From Octopus sinensis (lineage: Eukaryota), in contig NC_043005.1 of NCBI RefSeq assembly GCF_006345805.1, positions 95,108,001 through 95,172,000 on the forward strand: a stretch of DNA of 64,000 nucleotides. The letters are read 5' to 3'. Both the position numbers and the translations under genes were made by a program. A model generated the notes under the pieces. That model saw only the letters and a list, made by a program, of their open reading frames with translations, made no database searches and was not told the origin of the DNA. How positions within the stretch are numbered: position 1 is the stretch's first letter; each line of letters opens with the position of its first letter. This document shows, piece by piece, positions 1 through 12,016 of this stretch.

Positions 1-174
1 GAACAACATATGCATCGGCAATTTTCCGTCTTTACAGCCACCACAGCAGAATGGTGTGTCAGTGTAGGTGATGACTGACATAACAAACGGCTGGAGGTGA
101 AACTCTCGAAAAAAAACCATGAGGTGGCAAGTCCTAGTTATATAAACATACACATTTACCATTCAATGATAACT

Positions 175-935
175 CTGTCTAAACTGCCATGCAACATGGC
201 TGTTCGCTCATATGTGTCATACAGTCGACCTTTTACTCTGAGCGAGAGGCCTTTTGCCACCAGCAGAGGTAGGAGCACTCTGAACTTTGTCCAGGCTATT
301 CTTATTCTAGTAGCTACACTCTCAGAGCATCTACCCCTGCTACTGACTTGGTAACGGAAGCTATCAACTACTTGTAGGTTTTTTCCCCTAGAATGTGACG
401 GAAGCTGTTCTCTGCGTGTTTTCAGTGTTTATTGCTCCCGAGCATTTGCCATACGCAAAAACTATCTTCCTTTGATATTGCTGCACCTCTTATGTATCCA
501 TAGCTTACACAGGGTACATCTTATGGAATTTCTACCTACACCTTTTCTACAGATTGAATAAGGCCATCTACCTGAGGGGATTTGTCTGCCTTCCTACTTA
601 TTAAGACTTTGGTTTTTGCTAGGTTGACTCTAAGGCCCTTCAATTCTAGTCCTTGCTTCTACACCTGAAACTTCTCTAGTTCTGATAGTGACTCAGCTTG
701 GTTTTTGCTAGGTTGACTCTAAGGCCCTTCAATTCTAGTCCTTGCTTCTACACCTGAAACTTCTCCTCTAGTTCTGATAGTGACTCAGCTATTAGAGCAA
801 GGTCATCAGCATAGAGAAGCTTAAAGGGGCATCCTGTCTTGAATTCCTCTGTTATTGCCGAGATGACTATGATGAATAAGCAGGGACTGAGGTCTCATCC
901 TTGGCGAACCCCTACCTGGAATTCTTCAGCATGAT
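175..935 (-). mobile_element. RTE-clade LINE fragment (RT C-half), decayed
   Basis: Minus-strand translation gives GVRQG...LLYADDLALIAES (YADD at 813-802), LRVNLAKTK, a Cys/His block CTLCKLWIHKRC, and RIRIAWTKFR...LRVKGRLYD...MLHGS. Contains stops. Confidence 0.9.
609..790. repeat. ~90-bp direct tandem duplication inside the RTE fragment
   Basis: 609-698 and 698-790 are near-identical and differ by a 3-bp indel. Confidence 0.9.
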
Positions 936-1843
936 AACATTTTGCCCAGAGCTCCTGTGTAAAGCAAGAAGCCAGGAAAAACAGTATTTTACACGTTGTT
1001 TTCTCTAAAAACTTCAGCAGTTTTAAACCGATTCTCTCCCGACTCTCTCTTTTTCTCATTCTCTGTTTCTCTTGCTTACACATGTTCTCTCTCACCCTCT
1101 CTAATAATTCCTCTCTCTCTCTTTAATTCACTTACTGACTTAAGTCTAAAAACTGACTTCCATGTATTTCAATTAGTCATGCGTAAAAATCTCAGCTATG
1201 GTTTTCGTATGTTCTCTCTGAAAAATAATTTAGTTATTTAAAATTTTTGTTCACCCAGTGTGTTTAAATTCGGTTTTGCCACATCTGCCTAAAAACTGAC
1301 TTGATTGTATTTCAATTTTGTTGTGCATAAATATCTTTGGCTTTACGGTATTTGTACATTCTCCCTACAACATTACTTATTTAAAATGTTTTGCACACCA
1401 TCTATTTAAATATACTATTTACATTTCTCCCTCAATCAAAAACTGTTGTAGTGCGGTCGTGCATGCGTACATATGACCGCTATGGGCCACATACAGCCAA
1501 TAAGCTGAAACCAATAAGATATCAACCATGCCACTGAGCAGTCATGCGTTAAAAAAAGCTATCCTAAAGCAGCTCAAGTTTTTTCCCTCAAGCTTTATAC
1601 ACTCAAATGGAGTTTGTAAGTTCTGTCTACAAATTGTCTTCTTTGTCCGTCTGTCAGCTCCTTACACATTCTCAAAAGGCTCAACCAAATCAAATCTCAT
1701 GAGTGTCAACGAGTAATTTTTTTTTTCATTTGAATTAAAACAACATAGGCACTGGTTTGGTATTGCGTGTCAAAAGTGAAAGAATAAGATCTATATTATA
1801 ATGTTATATAAGATTGTTACACTCTTATTCTTTCACTTTTAAT

Positions 1844-2481
1844 TCTACTGAGATAAATAAATGAATAATTTATATCCTAATGAGAACAACATTATGCATT
1901 GGCAACTTTCTGTCTTTAATGCCATGACAGCAGAACGATGTGTCAGTGTGTGTGTGTTGACTGACAACGAATGGCTGGAGGTGAAACTCTCGACAAAAAA
2001 CAATGAGGTGACAGGTCCAAAGTATATAAAAATACACATTTACCATTCAATTACCAGTTAATAATTATCGCAGCAGTTGCAAGGTTGCAAGGGATTTACA
2101 ATTTACATATTTACCCTTAAATTAATGGAATCTCAATAGGGAAGGGAGATGAGACTTTCCCAACATCAGAGAAGGGTGATGAGACATTCCCAAATGCATG
2201 CAGCAGCACATCAGATGGAGTCTCAAGAGAGAAGCAAGATGAAACTTTCTCAAGATCAGCAAAGCCCCCCCCCCCCCCGCCAATTTTCCATGACAGGTTA
2301 GGGCCTGAAATATTCCAAACAGACGCATGACATGTTGCTTAGTCGAATTATCCCATCATTTACTCCACAAATGTTTTGCCATCAATGCTGCACTTTCCTG
2401 TATCATCTGTTTCAACAGAACTGTAATATGTATACAAACTATGCCTTCTTAATCCCAAGTAATGCCGGGTATCTCTGCTCG
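1844..2481 (+). mobile_element. Non-autonomous Helitron-like element; partial second copy at 1-170
   Basis: 5' TC start and 3' gccgggtatctctgCTCG|T, resembling a CTAG end. Segment 1884-2052 recurs at 1-170. Confidence 0.45.
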
Positions 2482-3205
2482 TGATAAATCAGGCAATGTG
2501 TTTGGCCTACCACAGAAAGTACAAAAAGACAGTGTAGTCTTTACTGTGACACATTGCCTTACTGAATTCAGAAACTCCCTTTACCTAAAGCTAGTTATTT
2601 CCATTTTGGATTGATTAGTAGATTCTAAATGAGCAAGTTGCTTTTGAAGGTTTTCTTTTTCATTTTTTTTTTTTTGAAACATAAATTCGTAAAGAACCAG
2701 AAGAATGAGCAACAAAAATGAAAAAGAAGACTAGTTCAACAGCTTCTGGATGGCACTGAAGTAAATATTTGAACAACTTTATATGCTAATGAAATTTGCT
2801 GATCCACGTTGTGAGGTGGGGATTCTTAAGGACATAGTAAGCAACAGCAATACAGAACATATATGGAATTATAATGTTGATAATATTAGCTTGTTTGTTC
2901 CACTGTGTCATGTTCATCTGGGATGTGTTATGTGGAAAATATTTGCTTAAGACAGTTAAAACTGCTCACTCAAATTGTCTTCTTAACCTCTTGACAGAGA
3001 AAGCTTTCTTTCTAGAAAGCCATATTACAGTTGAATGAATGTATCTAGTTATTGTAAAAACTGTGGTCCTAGCAAATCTAAAAGCTCAATTTGCAGTGAT
3101 GAAGGTATTAATATAAGTAAAGTGCTGAATGTCAATATCTAAACAGTAAAAGATAAATACACATTCACACATATATTATGCAAATATAAAAACAGTTCTA
3201 CTTAC

Positions 3206-3253
3206 CAGACTCTCTAGGCTTTGCAGGCTGTATAGGCTTTTCATATTTGGCAT
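3206..3253 (-). CDS. Micro-exon of the same gene (DAKYEKPIQPAKPRES)
   Basis: ctttttag acceptor and gtaagt donor; 48 nt, phase 1-1, open only in the frame predicted from the previous exon. Confidence 0.65.
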
Positions 3254-3910
3254 CTAAAAAAGTTAATTTAGTAAAATAATGACATTTTTTAGAACTTCTA
3301 TTTAAGACAAGCTAATAAGAGTCACTATATCGTAGCTCAACCCGTTAGGAATGGCAGCCAATTTTTTTTTCATATTAGATCCTATTATCTTAAGAATGGA
3401 AAAATACACTAGACAATATAGCCTTAGGTGCACAAAAAGACAAGATGGTCACATCTAGAATGTCTTTGGATCATAGACTTGTTCAATCAATAACAGCAAA
3501 CAACAACATATTTGTGAAAGTTCTGTAGTCCATTTCAGGTAAGTTGTTGAAAGCTGATGCCGAAAAGTACAGTTGGCAAAGTTTTTAGGGATCACCAGCA
3601 TAAGCACATCACGATGATTGTTGGAACTTTGCATTTTTAAGGGATCACAAGCATAGCCCCATACAGATGATCGTAGGCTCACAGCATTTTAAAGAGGTCA
3701 CCAATGTAACCCCACAAGATTATTGTAAGCTTACTGCAGTGAACAATACCCTGATCCTAATATTTTATTGCAGAAGATCTTCAAAATGTTTCATTGACAG
3801 TTACTAGGTTCAAATCTTTTCATTGCCCTGGCATGGAAATTAGTAGCACTTCAATCCTACTGGGGCACTCTCGATAGTATAAAGCAATAGAAAAAAGAAA
3901 TTTCACTTAC

Positions 3911-4045
3911 CAGATACATCACAGAATCCTGAAAATTGGTTCATCACCAGCTCTGACTGACACTCACATATATTGCTAAAAGTACAGGTTTCTTTCGGGT
4001 GACAAGAATATGCCGATTTAGGATTGCATGGTTTACCATAGGTGG
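3911..4045 (-). CDS. Exon encoding a six-Cys EB/EGF-like module (CNPKSAYSCHPKETCTFSNICECQSELVMNQFSGFC)
   Basis: Strong acceptor ttcttgcttccag and donor gtaagt; 135 nt, symmetric phase 1-1; Cys spacing C-x7-C-x5-C-x5-C-x-C-x11-C. Confidence 0.78.
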
Positions 4046-4184
4046 CTGGAAGCAAGAAGAAATGAAAATACAAGTGAGATGTGTGTGAGAAAGAGAGAGA
4101 CAAACAGACAGACTTAAATGAAAATAGACAATCTTAAACAGAAACGCAGAAGTGCAATATCTAAAGTGATGGTAGTGGTGGAAA

Positions 4185-4420
4185 GGCGGCGAGCTGGCAG
4201 AAACGTTAGCACGCCGGACGAAATGCTTAGCGGTATTTCGTCTGTCATTACGTTCTGAGTTCAAATTCCACCGAGGTCAACTCTGCCTTTCATCCTTTCG
4301 CGGTCGATAAATTAAGTACCAGTTTCGCACTGGGGTCGATGTAATTGACTTTTATCCGTTTGTCTGTCCTTTTTTGTTCCCTCAGTGTTTAGTCCCATGT
4401 AGGTAGTAAAGAAATAGGTA
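4185..4420 (+). mobile_element. tRNA-derived SINE family A
   Basis: A-box-like tggcagaaacgttagc, B-box gagttcaaattcc and core gcctttcatcctttcg.ggtcgataaattaagtaccag (Deu/Nin-like core). Confidence 0.85.
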
Positions 4421-4498
4421 TTTGCATAACAATGTAATAATGACAGTCTTAATGCAATATTCATAATTATGCTGATAGAGATGGAAGGTATACTCAAC

Positions 4499-4751
4499 CT
4501 GATTTTATGTATTGTATTTTTTGGGAATGAGTCTCTTCACTATGGTGGTGGTGCTGCTGCTGAGGGTGAGGTAGTTCAGGTCGGCTTGTATGAGAATCGA
4601 ACACTGGTGCAAGGCATGGCCGAAGTGTAAGGGGCGGTGTTGTCATGGCACCAGCAGGACATGATGGTAATGTGTATGTATGCTCTGGAACCACAGGGTA
4701 TGAAAGGGTATGCCCTGCCATGTTGATTTTAAGCGACACCTTAATTGTGAC
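4499..4751 (-). CDS. Exon of the same gene (VTIKVSLKIN...PQQQHHHHSEETHSQKIQYIKS)
   Basis: cattttag acceptor and gttgag donor; 253 nt open, phase 0 to 1, with higher GC than the flanks. Confidence 0.65.
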
Positions 4752-5233
4752 CTAAAATGGGATTAAAAGATAATTCCAGCATAAGATAAAGCATTAACAT
4801 AGCAATAATGTTAATATCAAAAACAGAAATCTGAGTCTTGTTGTACTTTGAATTTTTTGTTTTCATTTTGAGTTTCAATTTTCAAAATAGCAAAACAGAA
4901 GGGTTTTCTCTTGTTTCTACCAAATGAATCAAGTCCTTCAACATCAAAATAAATATCAAATGGAAATTGTAGTTATGATAACTGTGCCGGCGGCACGTAA
5001 AAAGCACCATCTGAATGTGGCTGATGCCAGCGCCGCCTTGACTGGCTTCTGTGCCGGTGGCACATGACCTGCTGTGCTTGAGGAGACCTATTGAGTCAAG
5101 TACATCAACAACAATGGAAATGAAGATGTCACAGGACTACTTTATACTTAACCCTCAGTGACACACAACACCTGTACGATACATGTATTTAGGAGATCAT
5201 CAAATATCCACAAGTAGAAATTACTACACTTAC

Positions 5234-5268
5234 CACATGGGGTACAACATCTTTATCATGTGACAATT
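5234..5268 (-). CDS. Micro-exon of the same gene (ELSHDKDVVPHV)
   Basis: tttatag acceptor and gtaagt donor; 35 nt, phase 1 to 0. Confidence 0.6.
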
Positions 5269-5935
5269 CTATAAAGAGATACGTATTCTGATATATTGAC
5301 ACATCTGTAAAAAATTTAAAGAAAAAAGAGAAACATATATATATATATATATATATAAAAGTGAATGCATGTATGAAATTGTAAAAAAAGCAAAAATTTC
5401 ACAAATGATTCATAATTTAATTCTGTTAATTTAATTAACAGCTGTTTCAACAGTCAGGATACACCCATCATCACCCATATGATGCTCAAAACAATTGTCT
5501 TAACCAATTATATATACACAAATTTATTTCACTTAGCAGCCATGAGGCCTCAGGTTCGATTCCAGTGACCAATATCTTGGGTTAACCCAGGTATGCTTGT
5601 GTATATTGAAGAGTAGCAGAATTAGTGCAGCAAGTAGAATTACCATGGTATTCGGTGCCATCTGGTCACAACCCTTTATATCCAAATCAACATTGACTTT
5701 TACCCTATGAAGTCAACAAATTAAAGAACTAGACAAAGTACAGAAGTCAATACAATCATGATGGTAGGGCTCTAATATGGATTCAATCCAATGATAAAAC
5801 AGTAAAACAATAACAACCAATGAAATAGCAGGAATTGTATACTTTGCAGTAGCTTTTTTTTTTTATGCCTTTAACCCTTTCAAAATGGAAGCTACTGCTG
5901 CTACTAAAGAAGAAAGTAGACTTTTTACATGATCA

Positions 5936-6200
5936 TGATCATCATCATCATCACTTAACGTCCATTTTCCATGCTAGCATGGGTTGGATGGTTCAACCGG
6001 GATCTGGGAAGCCAGGAGGCTGCAGTGTTTCTACAGCTGGATGCCCTTCCTAACGCCAACCACTCCGTGAGTGTAGTGATTGCTTTTTACGTGCCACTGG
6101 CACAGGGGCCAGAGAGGGCTAGCAAATGGCCACGATTGGTTGGTGCTTTTATGTGTCACCAACACGGACGCCAGTCAGGCGGTGCTGGCATCTGCCTTAA
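5936..6200 (-). mobile_element. (ATG)n-tailed non-autonomous retro-repeat (family D); other copies at about 4925-5120, 6255-6420, 11235-11510 (+) and 13640-13705 (+)
   Basis: Shared core tttctacagctggatgcccttcctaacgccaacc and end ccatgctagcatgg. It has the same trinucleotide tail type as the RTE at 6829-7285. Confidence 0.7.
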
Positions 6201-6828
6201 AATTCTATGAAACATTTGAGACCCAATAAAAAAAATTAGGAAACTATCTTCAAATCATCATCATCATCATCATTTAGTGTCTGCTTTCCATGCTGGCATG
6301 GGTTAGACAATTTGACTGGAACTGGTAAGCTGGAGAGCTGCAACAGGTTCCAGTCTGGTTTGACATGGTTTCTAATGCCAACCACTCCAAGAGAGTAATG
6401 GGTGCTTTTCATGTGCCGCAAGGCATTTTGCCCAGCATGCTAATGATTCTGCCAGCTCACTACCCTAACGACAAAAGAAATATTGAAGTGTAATTACTTA
6501 ATTTGTTGTAGAGTCTCTTCTTGAGAGAGTAACTCTTGGCATTGTACTGTAAGTAGACATCCATGGAGAGAGGTGTATCACAGTGATTGATTATCGTGCC
6601 AAAGCATATGGTATCATTCTGTTTGGTAATGATTCCAGGGGAGAATATCTGGGGGAAAAAAAAATACATTTCAAACACAAAAATCATTAAGACACAATTA
6701 ATTAGATCTATCTAAAAGTTTTACTTTATTTTCACTGCAAAAGATATTTGTGTGTGTGTGTGAGAGAGAGAACATGTAGTAATTTTATTAAAGCAAACTA
6801 TTTCATCACAGATTTGTATATATGTCAA

Positions 6829-7285
6829 ATCTAAGTAGAGATTTCAAACTTAAAATCTTCAAAGCCACAGTCGAACCAATTCTACTATATGGCTCAGAAA
6901 CCTGGACGTTATCGAAGAAGCTTCAGAGGCGGTTGGATGGAACTTACACTTGTCTCCTTATGAGAGCTCAAAATCTCTCGTGGAAACATCATCCAACCAA
7001 AGTACAAATATATGGGAAACTACCACCTGTATCATCTCTTGTGAAAGGTAGAAGAGTCCAGTTTGCTGGACATTGTTGTAGAGCTGAAAATGAGGTAATT
7101 TCTACTCTTCTCCTCTGGAAGCCATCTGCTTGTGGCACCAGAGGGCGCACACTCTCCTACCCTGATATAATCTCCAGGGATACAGGCATTCAGCAACAGG
7201 ACCTCCGTAATGCTATGATGGACCGTGAAGTCTGGTGTAACATAGTAAATTCCATTGTCTCGACCACGGTCGAACAATGATGATG
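6829..7285 (+). mobile_element. 5'-truncated RTE-type LINE 3' end with (TGA)n tail and 11-bp TSD
   Basis: ORF contains LLYGSETW and RRVQFAGHC. TSD atatatgtcaa at 6818-6828 and 7286-7296. Confidence 0.9.
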
Positions 7286-7379
7286 ATATATGTCAACTTT
7301 TTCTGAGAGAGAAGTCTTGTGCTATGGCTGAGATTATCTTCATTTATGTAGTGTTGATCAATTGAAAGACATCTCACTG

Positions 7380-7601
7380 TACAAGAGGGTGCTGAAAAGT
7401 TTCTGGCTTTAAGGATCTCATGAAAGGCCTAGTAGGAGGCCCAACTTTCTAAGTTTTTTACAGGGCTTAGAAAAACTGAAGGACCACTGCAATAAGTGTG
7501 TAAATCTGAAATGGGAATATGTTGGATAAAATCATAATTAACTGATTTTCCTGTATTTTTTCTTTTACCCAAAAGCCAGGAACTTTTTAGCACTCCTTTG
7601 T
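7380..7601 (+). mobile_element. Mariner-derived MITE
   Basis: ~30-bp imperfect TIRs (acaagagggtgctgaaaagtttctggcttt / aaagccaggaactttttagcactcctttgt). An internal remnant reads CNKCVNLKWEYV, like a mariner C-terminus. Confidence 0.7.
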
Positions 7602-7671
7602 TGATAAAAATGCCAGTCTATCACAGGTTTTGTAAAAATGGGGTGAAGAGATTTGAACTCAGTACTGCTAC

Positions 7672-7765
7672 CTAAGCACGAGTGTGTTTGTGTGCACATA
7701 ATGTTCACTGAGAATGTAAACACAACACTGTTGTTTTCAAAGGAGGTGGAGGCTCAGGTTATCTC
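7672..7765 (-). CDS. Candidate exon of the same gene with an in-frame TGA (EIT*ASTSFENNSVVFTFSVNIMCTQTHSCL)
   Basis: tttgcag acceptor and gtagca donor; 94 nt, phase 0 to 1, which fits both neighbours. TGA at 7756-7754. Confidence 0.35.
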
Positions 7766-8084
7766 CTGCAAAGGAGCAGAAATAACTTCAGGCATATACA
7801 CATGTATTTATATATCCCTATATATACACACAATGAGCTCCCACAAAGTTTCCATCAACAAATTTCTCTCACAAGGAATTGGTCTGAGGATAGAGTAGAA
7901 GACACTTGTCCAAGGTATTGTTCAGCAGTACTGAACATAAGACCAACACTGATGCAACACAAACTTGTTAATCACACAGCCATGCATGCAGTGTTTACTA
8001 TAAATTATTGCCATTTACTTTCTTGTCGAATAGGAAGGAATATACTGGAAAAATGATGAAAAAAAACGTGAAAATTGAACCAAC

Positions 8085-8248
8085 ATTTTCTAGAAAGATT
8101 CCATGACAATGTACAGCTGTACAAATGTCATTGACATCACAGCTAACTCTCAGCTTATTTCTGACGCTGTTGCGTAGAGCTTGACGGATACTGCAGTTAT
8201 CAGCATCTGCATTTCCATGGACGAACAAGGGCAGAAGTATGCAGGTAA
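8085..8248 (-). CDS. Probable exon of an unidentified Cys-rich extracellular protein (TCILLPLFVHGNADADNC...CDVNDICTAVHCHGIFLEN)
   Basis: Polypyrimidine tract plus ccag acceptor; open frame with a hydrophobic signal-peptide-like start and spaced Cys. The donor is uncertain: gttggt is used here, and gtatat and gtaaat are also phase 0. Confidence 0.55.
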
Positions 8249-8439
8249 CTGGAAAATAATCCAAAGGGTCATAAGAGAAGGTTATGAAATATTTCAGGTG
8301 GGAAAAATAAGAGTACAAGAGACTTCAGACAGGCTTGCATCCAAAAGTAATTTATCAGTTAGAAAACAAAGCAACAAGATACAATTATGATATTGCAAAA
8401 CAAAGTAGCAAAAGGAGAGACCCACACATGTGCGTGTGT

Positions 8440-8444
<5 letters not shown>

Positions 8445-8470
<26 letters not shown>

Positions 8471-8690
8471 GGGGAAGTGAGAGAGAGAGAGAGAAAGAGA
8501 GAGGAGGAAGTGAGAGAGAGAAAGTGAGAGAGAAAGAGAGAGGGGGAAGTGAGAGAGAAAGAGAGAGGGGGAAGTGAGAAAGAAAGAGAGGGGGAAGTGA
8601 GAGAGAGAGAGAGGGGAAGTGAGAGAGAAAGAGAGGGGAAGTGAGAGAGAGAGAGAGAGTGAAAGAGAGAGGGGGAAGTGAGAGAGAGAG
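8445..8690. repeat. GA-rich degenerate minisatellite (~20-22-bp unit ggggaagtgagagagaaagaga)
   Basis: Directly visible repeated unit. Confidence 0.85.
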
Positions 8691-8947
8691 GAAGCAATTA
8701 TAAAACAAAATCCAACATGGCTGAGAAACACGCTTCTAAACCACACAGCAATGCCTGTGCCTTGAGTGAAATATATTAATTCAAATGCATAGAAAGCTCC
8801 ATACTAATCAACAGTTTATAGCTTATCATGGTTTATAGCTGTGGCGGTAGTTGCTCCAAAATATAGTAAATTTTATTCTAAAGAGCAATAGCATGTATGG
8901 TGGAAAGAATTTAGAGAACTGTTACCTTCTCTCTAGATTGTAAGACA

Positions 8948-9285
8948 TATTACATGGGAGTAAAATATTGGTATTGAATGCAGAGGACATGCAAAGGCTA
9001 GAGAGTAATGAGGGATGCCTGCGATGCTGGATGTGTAAGTTTAGTGTACATGAACGACAGAACACAGATGGGTTGAGAGATAAACTAAATACAATAGGAA
9101 TTAGATGTAGAATTTAAGATAGAAGACTGTCACTGGTATGGACGTGTGAAGCAGATAGAGAATGATGGCTGGATTTTACAAGTGCCAAACAAACTGAAGT
9201 GGATATTGAACTTGTGGAAGACGAAGACTAAGGAAAGGATGGGCAGAAATGGAGAGCTGATGCCAGGACGCTGAACCTCATGAAA
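8948..9285 (+). mobile_element. Decayed RTE LINE 3' fragment
   Basis: Translates to HGSK...EDMQRLE...RCWMC...RRL/WYGRVK..., the same region as the other RTE pieces. Confidence 0.75.
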
Positions 9286-12016
9286 CAAGAAAAATAAGCT
9301 ATATTAAAAAAAAATTTTAATAAAAAAATATGCTGAACATAAAGTTAATTTATGCAAAGGAAAAACTAGAAGAAAACATAGAAATTATGAGAATTAATCT
9401 GAAATGCAAATGTATAAATTAAACAAAAAAAGTAAAATACACTCATAAAAATGCTCTCAAATATAACAATGCCTGCAAATTTCAATGAGTCATTCAGCTA
9501 GTTGTTATGACATACAGGACAGTTAATACTTACACTCACTCACTCACTCACTCACACACTCTCTCTCTCTCTTTCATGCACACAGATGCACTGTATCTGA
9601 GTGGCCTTGAAAATCATACTCCTACCAATCAGATACAATTGTTGTTTATTTAAGCTGTAGTATATTAATAGCTTATTACACTGGCTGAATTGGTTTCTTA
9701 TCCTCACACTTACTAGCAAAGCCCAAACAAAAACAAACAACAGAGGCTTATTCAGAAACCAAAGCTTTAAATGAAGATGAAAGCTGGAGTGAAGACCAAG
9801 TATATAGTGCTTGTGGTTAATTGGCAACAACAACAATAACAAAAAATATGACTATCCTCAAATATAATATAAAGCTTTGGTTATTTATCTACCTATTTAC
9901 TGTGTGTGGTTACACACACACACAGTAAAAGAAAACACAAAAGCCATGAGAAATTCAGGTGGCCAGGGTTTTCTGGCTGGTGCCTTAAGTTTATTTCACC
10001 ATTCCTCAAGAAGGTAATGTCAACATGGTGGTGGGTTAGCAACTCCATGTGAATTATGCGATCCCTTAATTTCCCATGGCCTTTGGGCAGTTTTTATTAA
10101 AAATATCTTTATTCTCTTTACTGAGTGCTCTACTGCTTGTTGAGCTTAATACCACAGACACACACACACACACATCCATTTGAATGGCATATTACGCAAA
10201 TTAGTAAACAAAAACTGTGCAGCAGCTTGCCTCTGCATGTGTGTGTGCATGTGTGCGCCTTTAGTTGTGCACTAAAAAGAATTATCTTGAATTTACTCAC
10301 TAGGCTACATAACTGAATAGATATATAGACTAAGAGTTCAATAAAATGATTACCCAACAAGGTTGATTGGGGTCAATGTAATTAGAACTTCTGAAAGTGG
10401 TGTTCCATCAAAAGCTAGTCTGAGGAAGAAACAAGTACAACAAAAAAATGAACAAAGTGTTAGTTTCTTCATGTTCTGCCAGCAAAAGAGACAAACAGAA
10501 TAAGTAAGCAGGCTTGAAAATAAGTACTGGGGTTGATTTGTTTAATGAAATCCTCCAAGGTAGTGCTCCAGCATGACCACAGTCCAATGACTGACAGACT
10601 GAAACAAGTAAATGATAAAAGACAATGTAATTGCTTCTGGATTTTTCCTTTCCTTTTTCTTCTATGCATTTATTGCTACTTAACAACACCTAACAGGTCA
10701 AAAAGATACTCCTCCTTCTATCAAGTCAAGGAGTACATTTTTATGCATAAGCCAATGAGAATTTTTCCACTTAGTTACTCACACTACTAAAAATAGCATA
10801 AATAAATAAAGAAGGGACTAACTGCCTGATTTGCTCAACACAAATCATATCAAAATACTGTCACAATACAAATCAAAATACTGTCATGCAAACTACAGAC
10901 TGAATATCACTTGTAAAGGAACCCAGCTGCTGGTAAATTAACCTTTTAATAAAAACCAGATTCAATTAACAATATTGTTAAGTCTTGTGTTTGCTTGAAC
11001 CTAAGTCATAAAGAATTTCAGCATCATAGTTGTGTGCCACGGTAAGGAAATTCAAAATAGCAGAGTAAGTGAGTGGGAAATTTTAAGCATATACATCCCA
11101 CCCAACCCAAAATTTCTGGACAAATGGCAAGAAAAAGTCCTACCAGATAAGTTAGTTACCTGTCACATTTAACAATTTCAAATGATTTGGTACCTAAATC
11201 TAACACATGGATGCGACTACATATATATATATGTACCAGCACCACCATGACTGGTTTCCATGCTGGTGGCACGTAAAAAGCACCAACCGATCATGGCCGC
11301 TGCCAGCCTCCCCTGGCACCTATGTCAGTGGCACGAAAAAAAGGCACCCACTACACTCTCAGAGTGGTTGGTGTTAGGAAGGGCATCCAGCTGTAGAAAC
11401 ACTGCAAGATCAGACTGGAGCCTGGTGCAGCCTCCTGGCTTCCCAGACCCCGGTCAAACCATCCACCCATGCCAGCATGGAAAATGGATGTTAAATGATG
11501 ATGATGATGATATAGAAATATACATACACCATAAAAAGTCAGGAGGTACAAGAAGGGAATATACCTATTTAATCATTTAATATTTGTAGGATTACGGCCA
11601 TAATTGTCACAGGATTCCATGAAAATATATACTGCACTACAAATTTATATATATACTAGCACTATGACCTGGCGTTGCTGGGTCAGAGTGCTAGTGCATG
11701 CATATACAGCTGCATGCGTGCACACATACAGGCGAGTACTGTCCAAATCTCCGACCAATCACATACAGCTAGCTGGCATTCAATTGGCGTATCAAGTTTC
11801 GGGCATTTTGATTGGGTTTTGGATAGAAAATTCACAAAAAAAAGTCACTTCTATTGATTTTTTAATGGCTTTGCGGGGTGACTGGGGAAATGTAAAGATG
11901 TGCATGACCACCCTTGGACGGTTTTGAATGACCATAGAAAGTGCGGGCCCTCTGACTGAAAAATTGTGGATTTGTATAAAGGACACACACACAGACATTT
12001 TGCCGTTTATATATTA

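Noticed and set aside
5432-5480. Hammerhead-like UGAUGA...GAAACAGCUGUU on the minus strand
   Set aside because: C3 is missing, there are 7 unpaired nt before GAAA, and there is no helix I.
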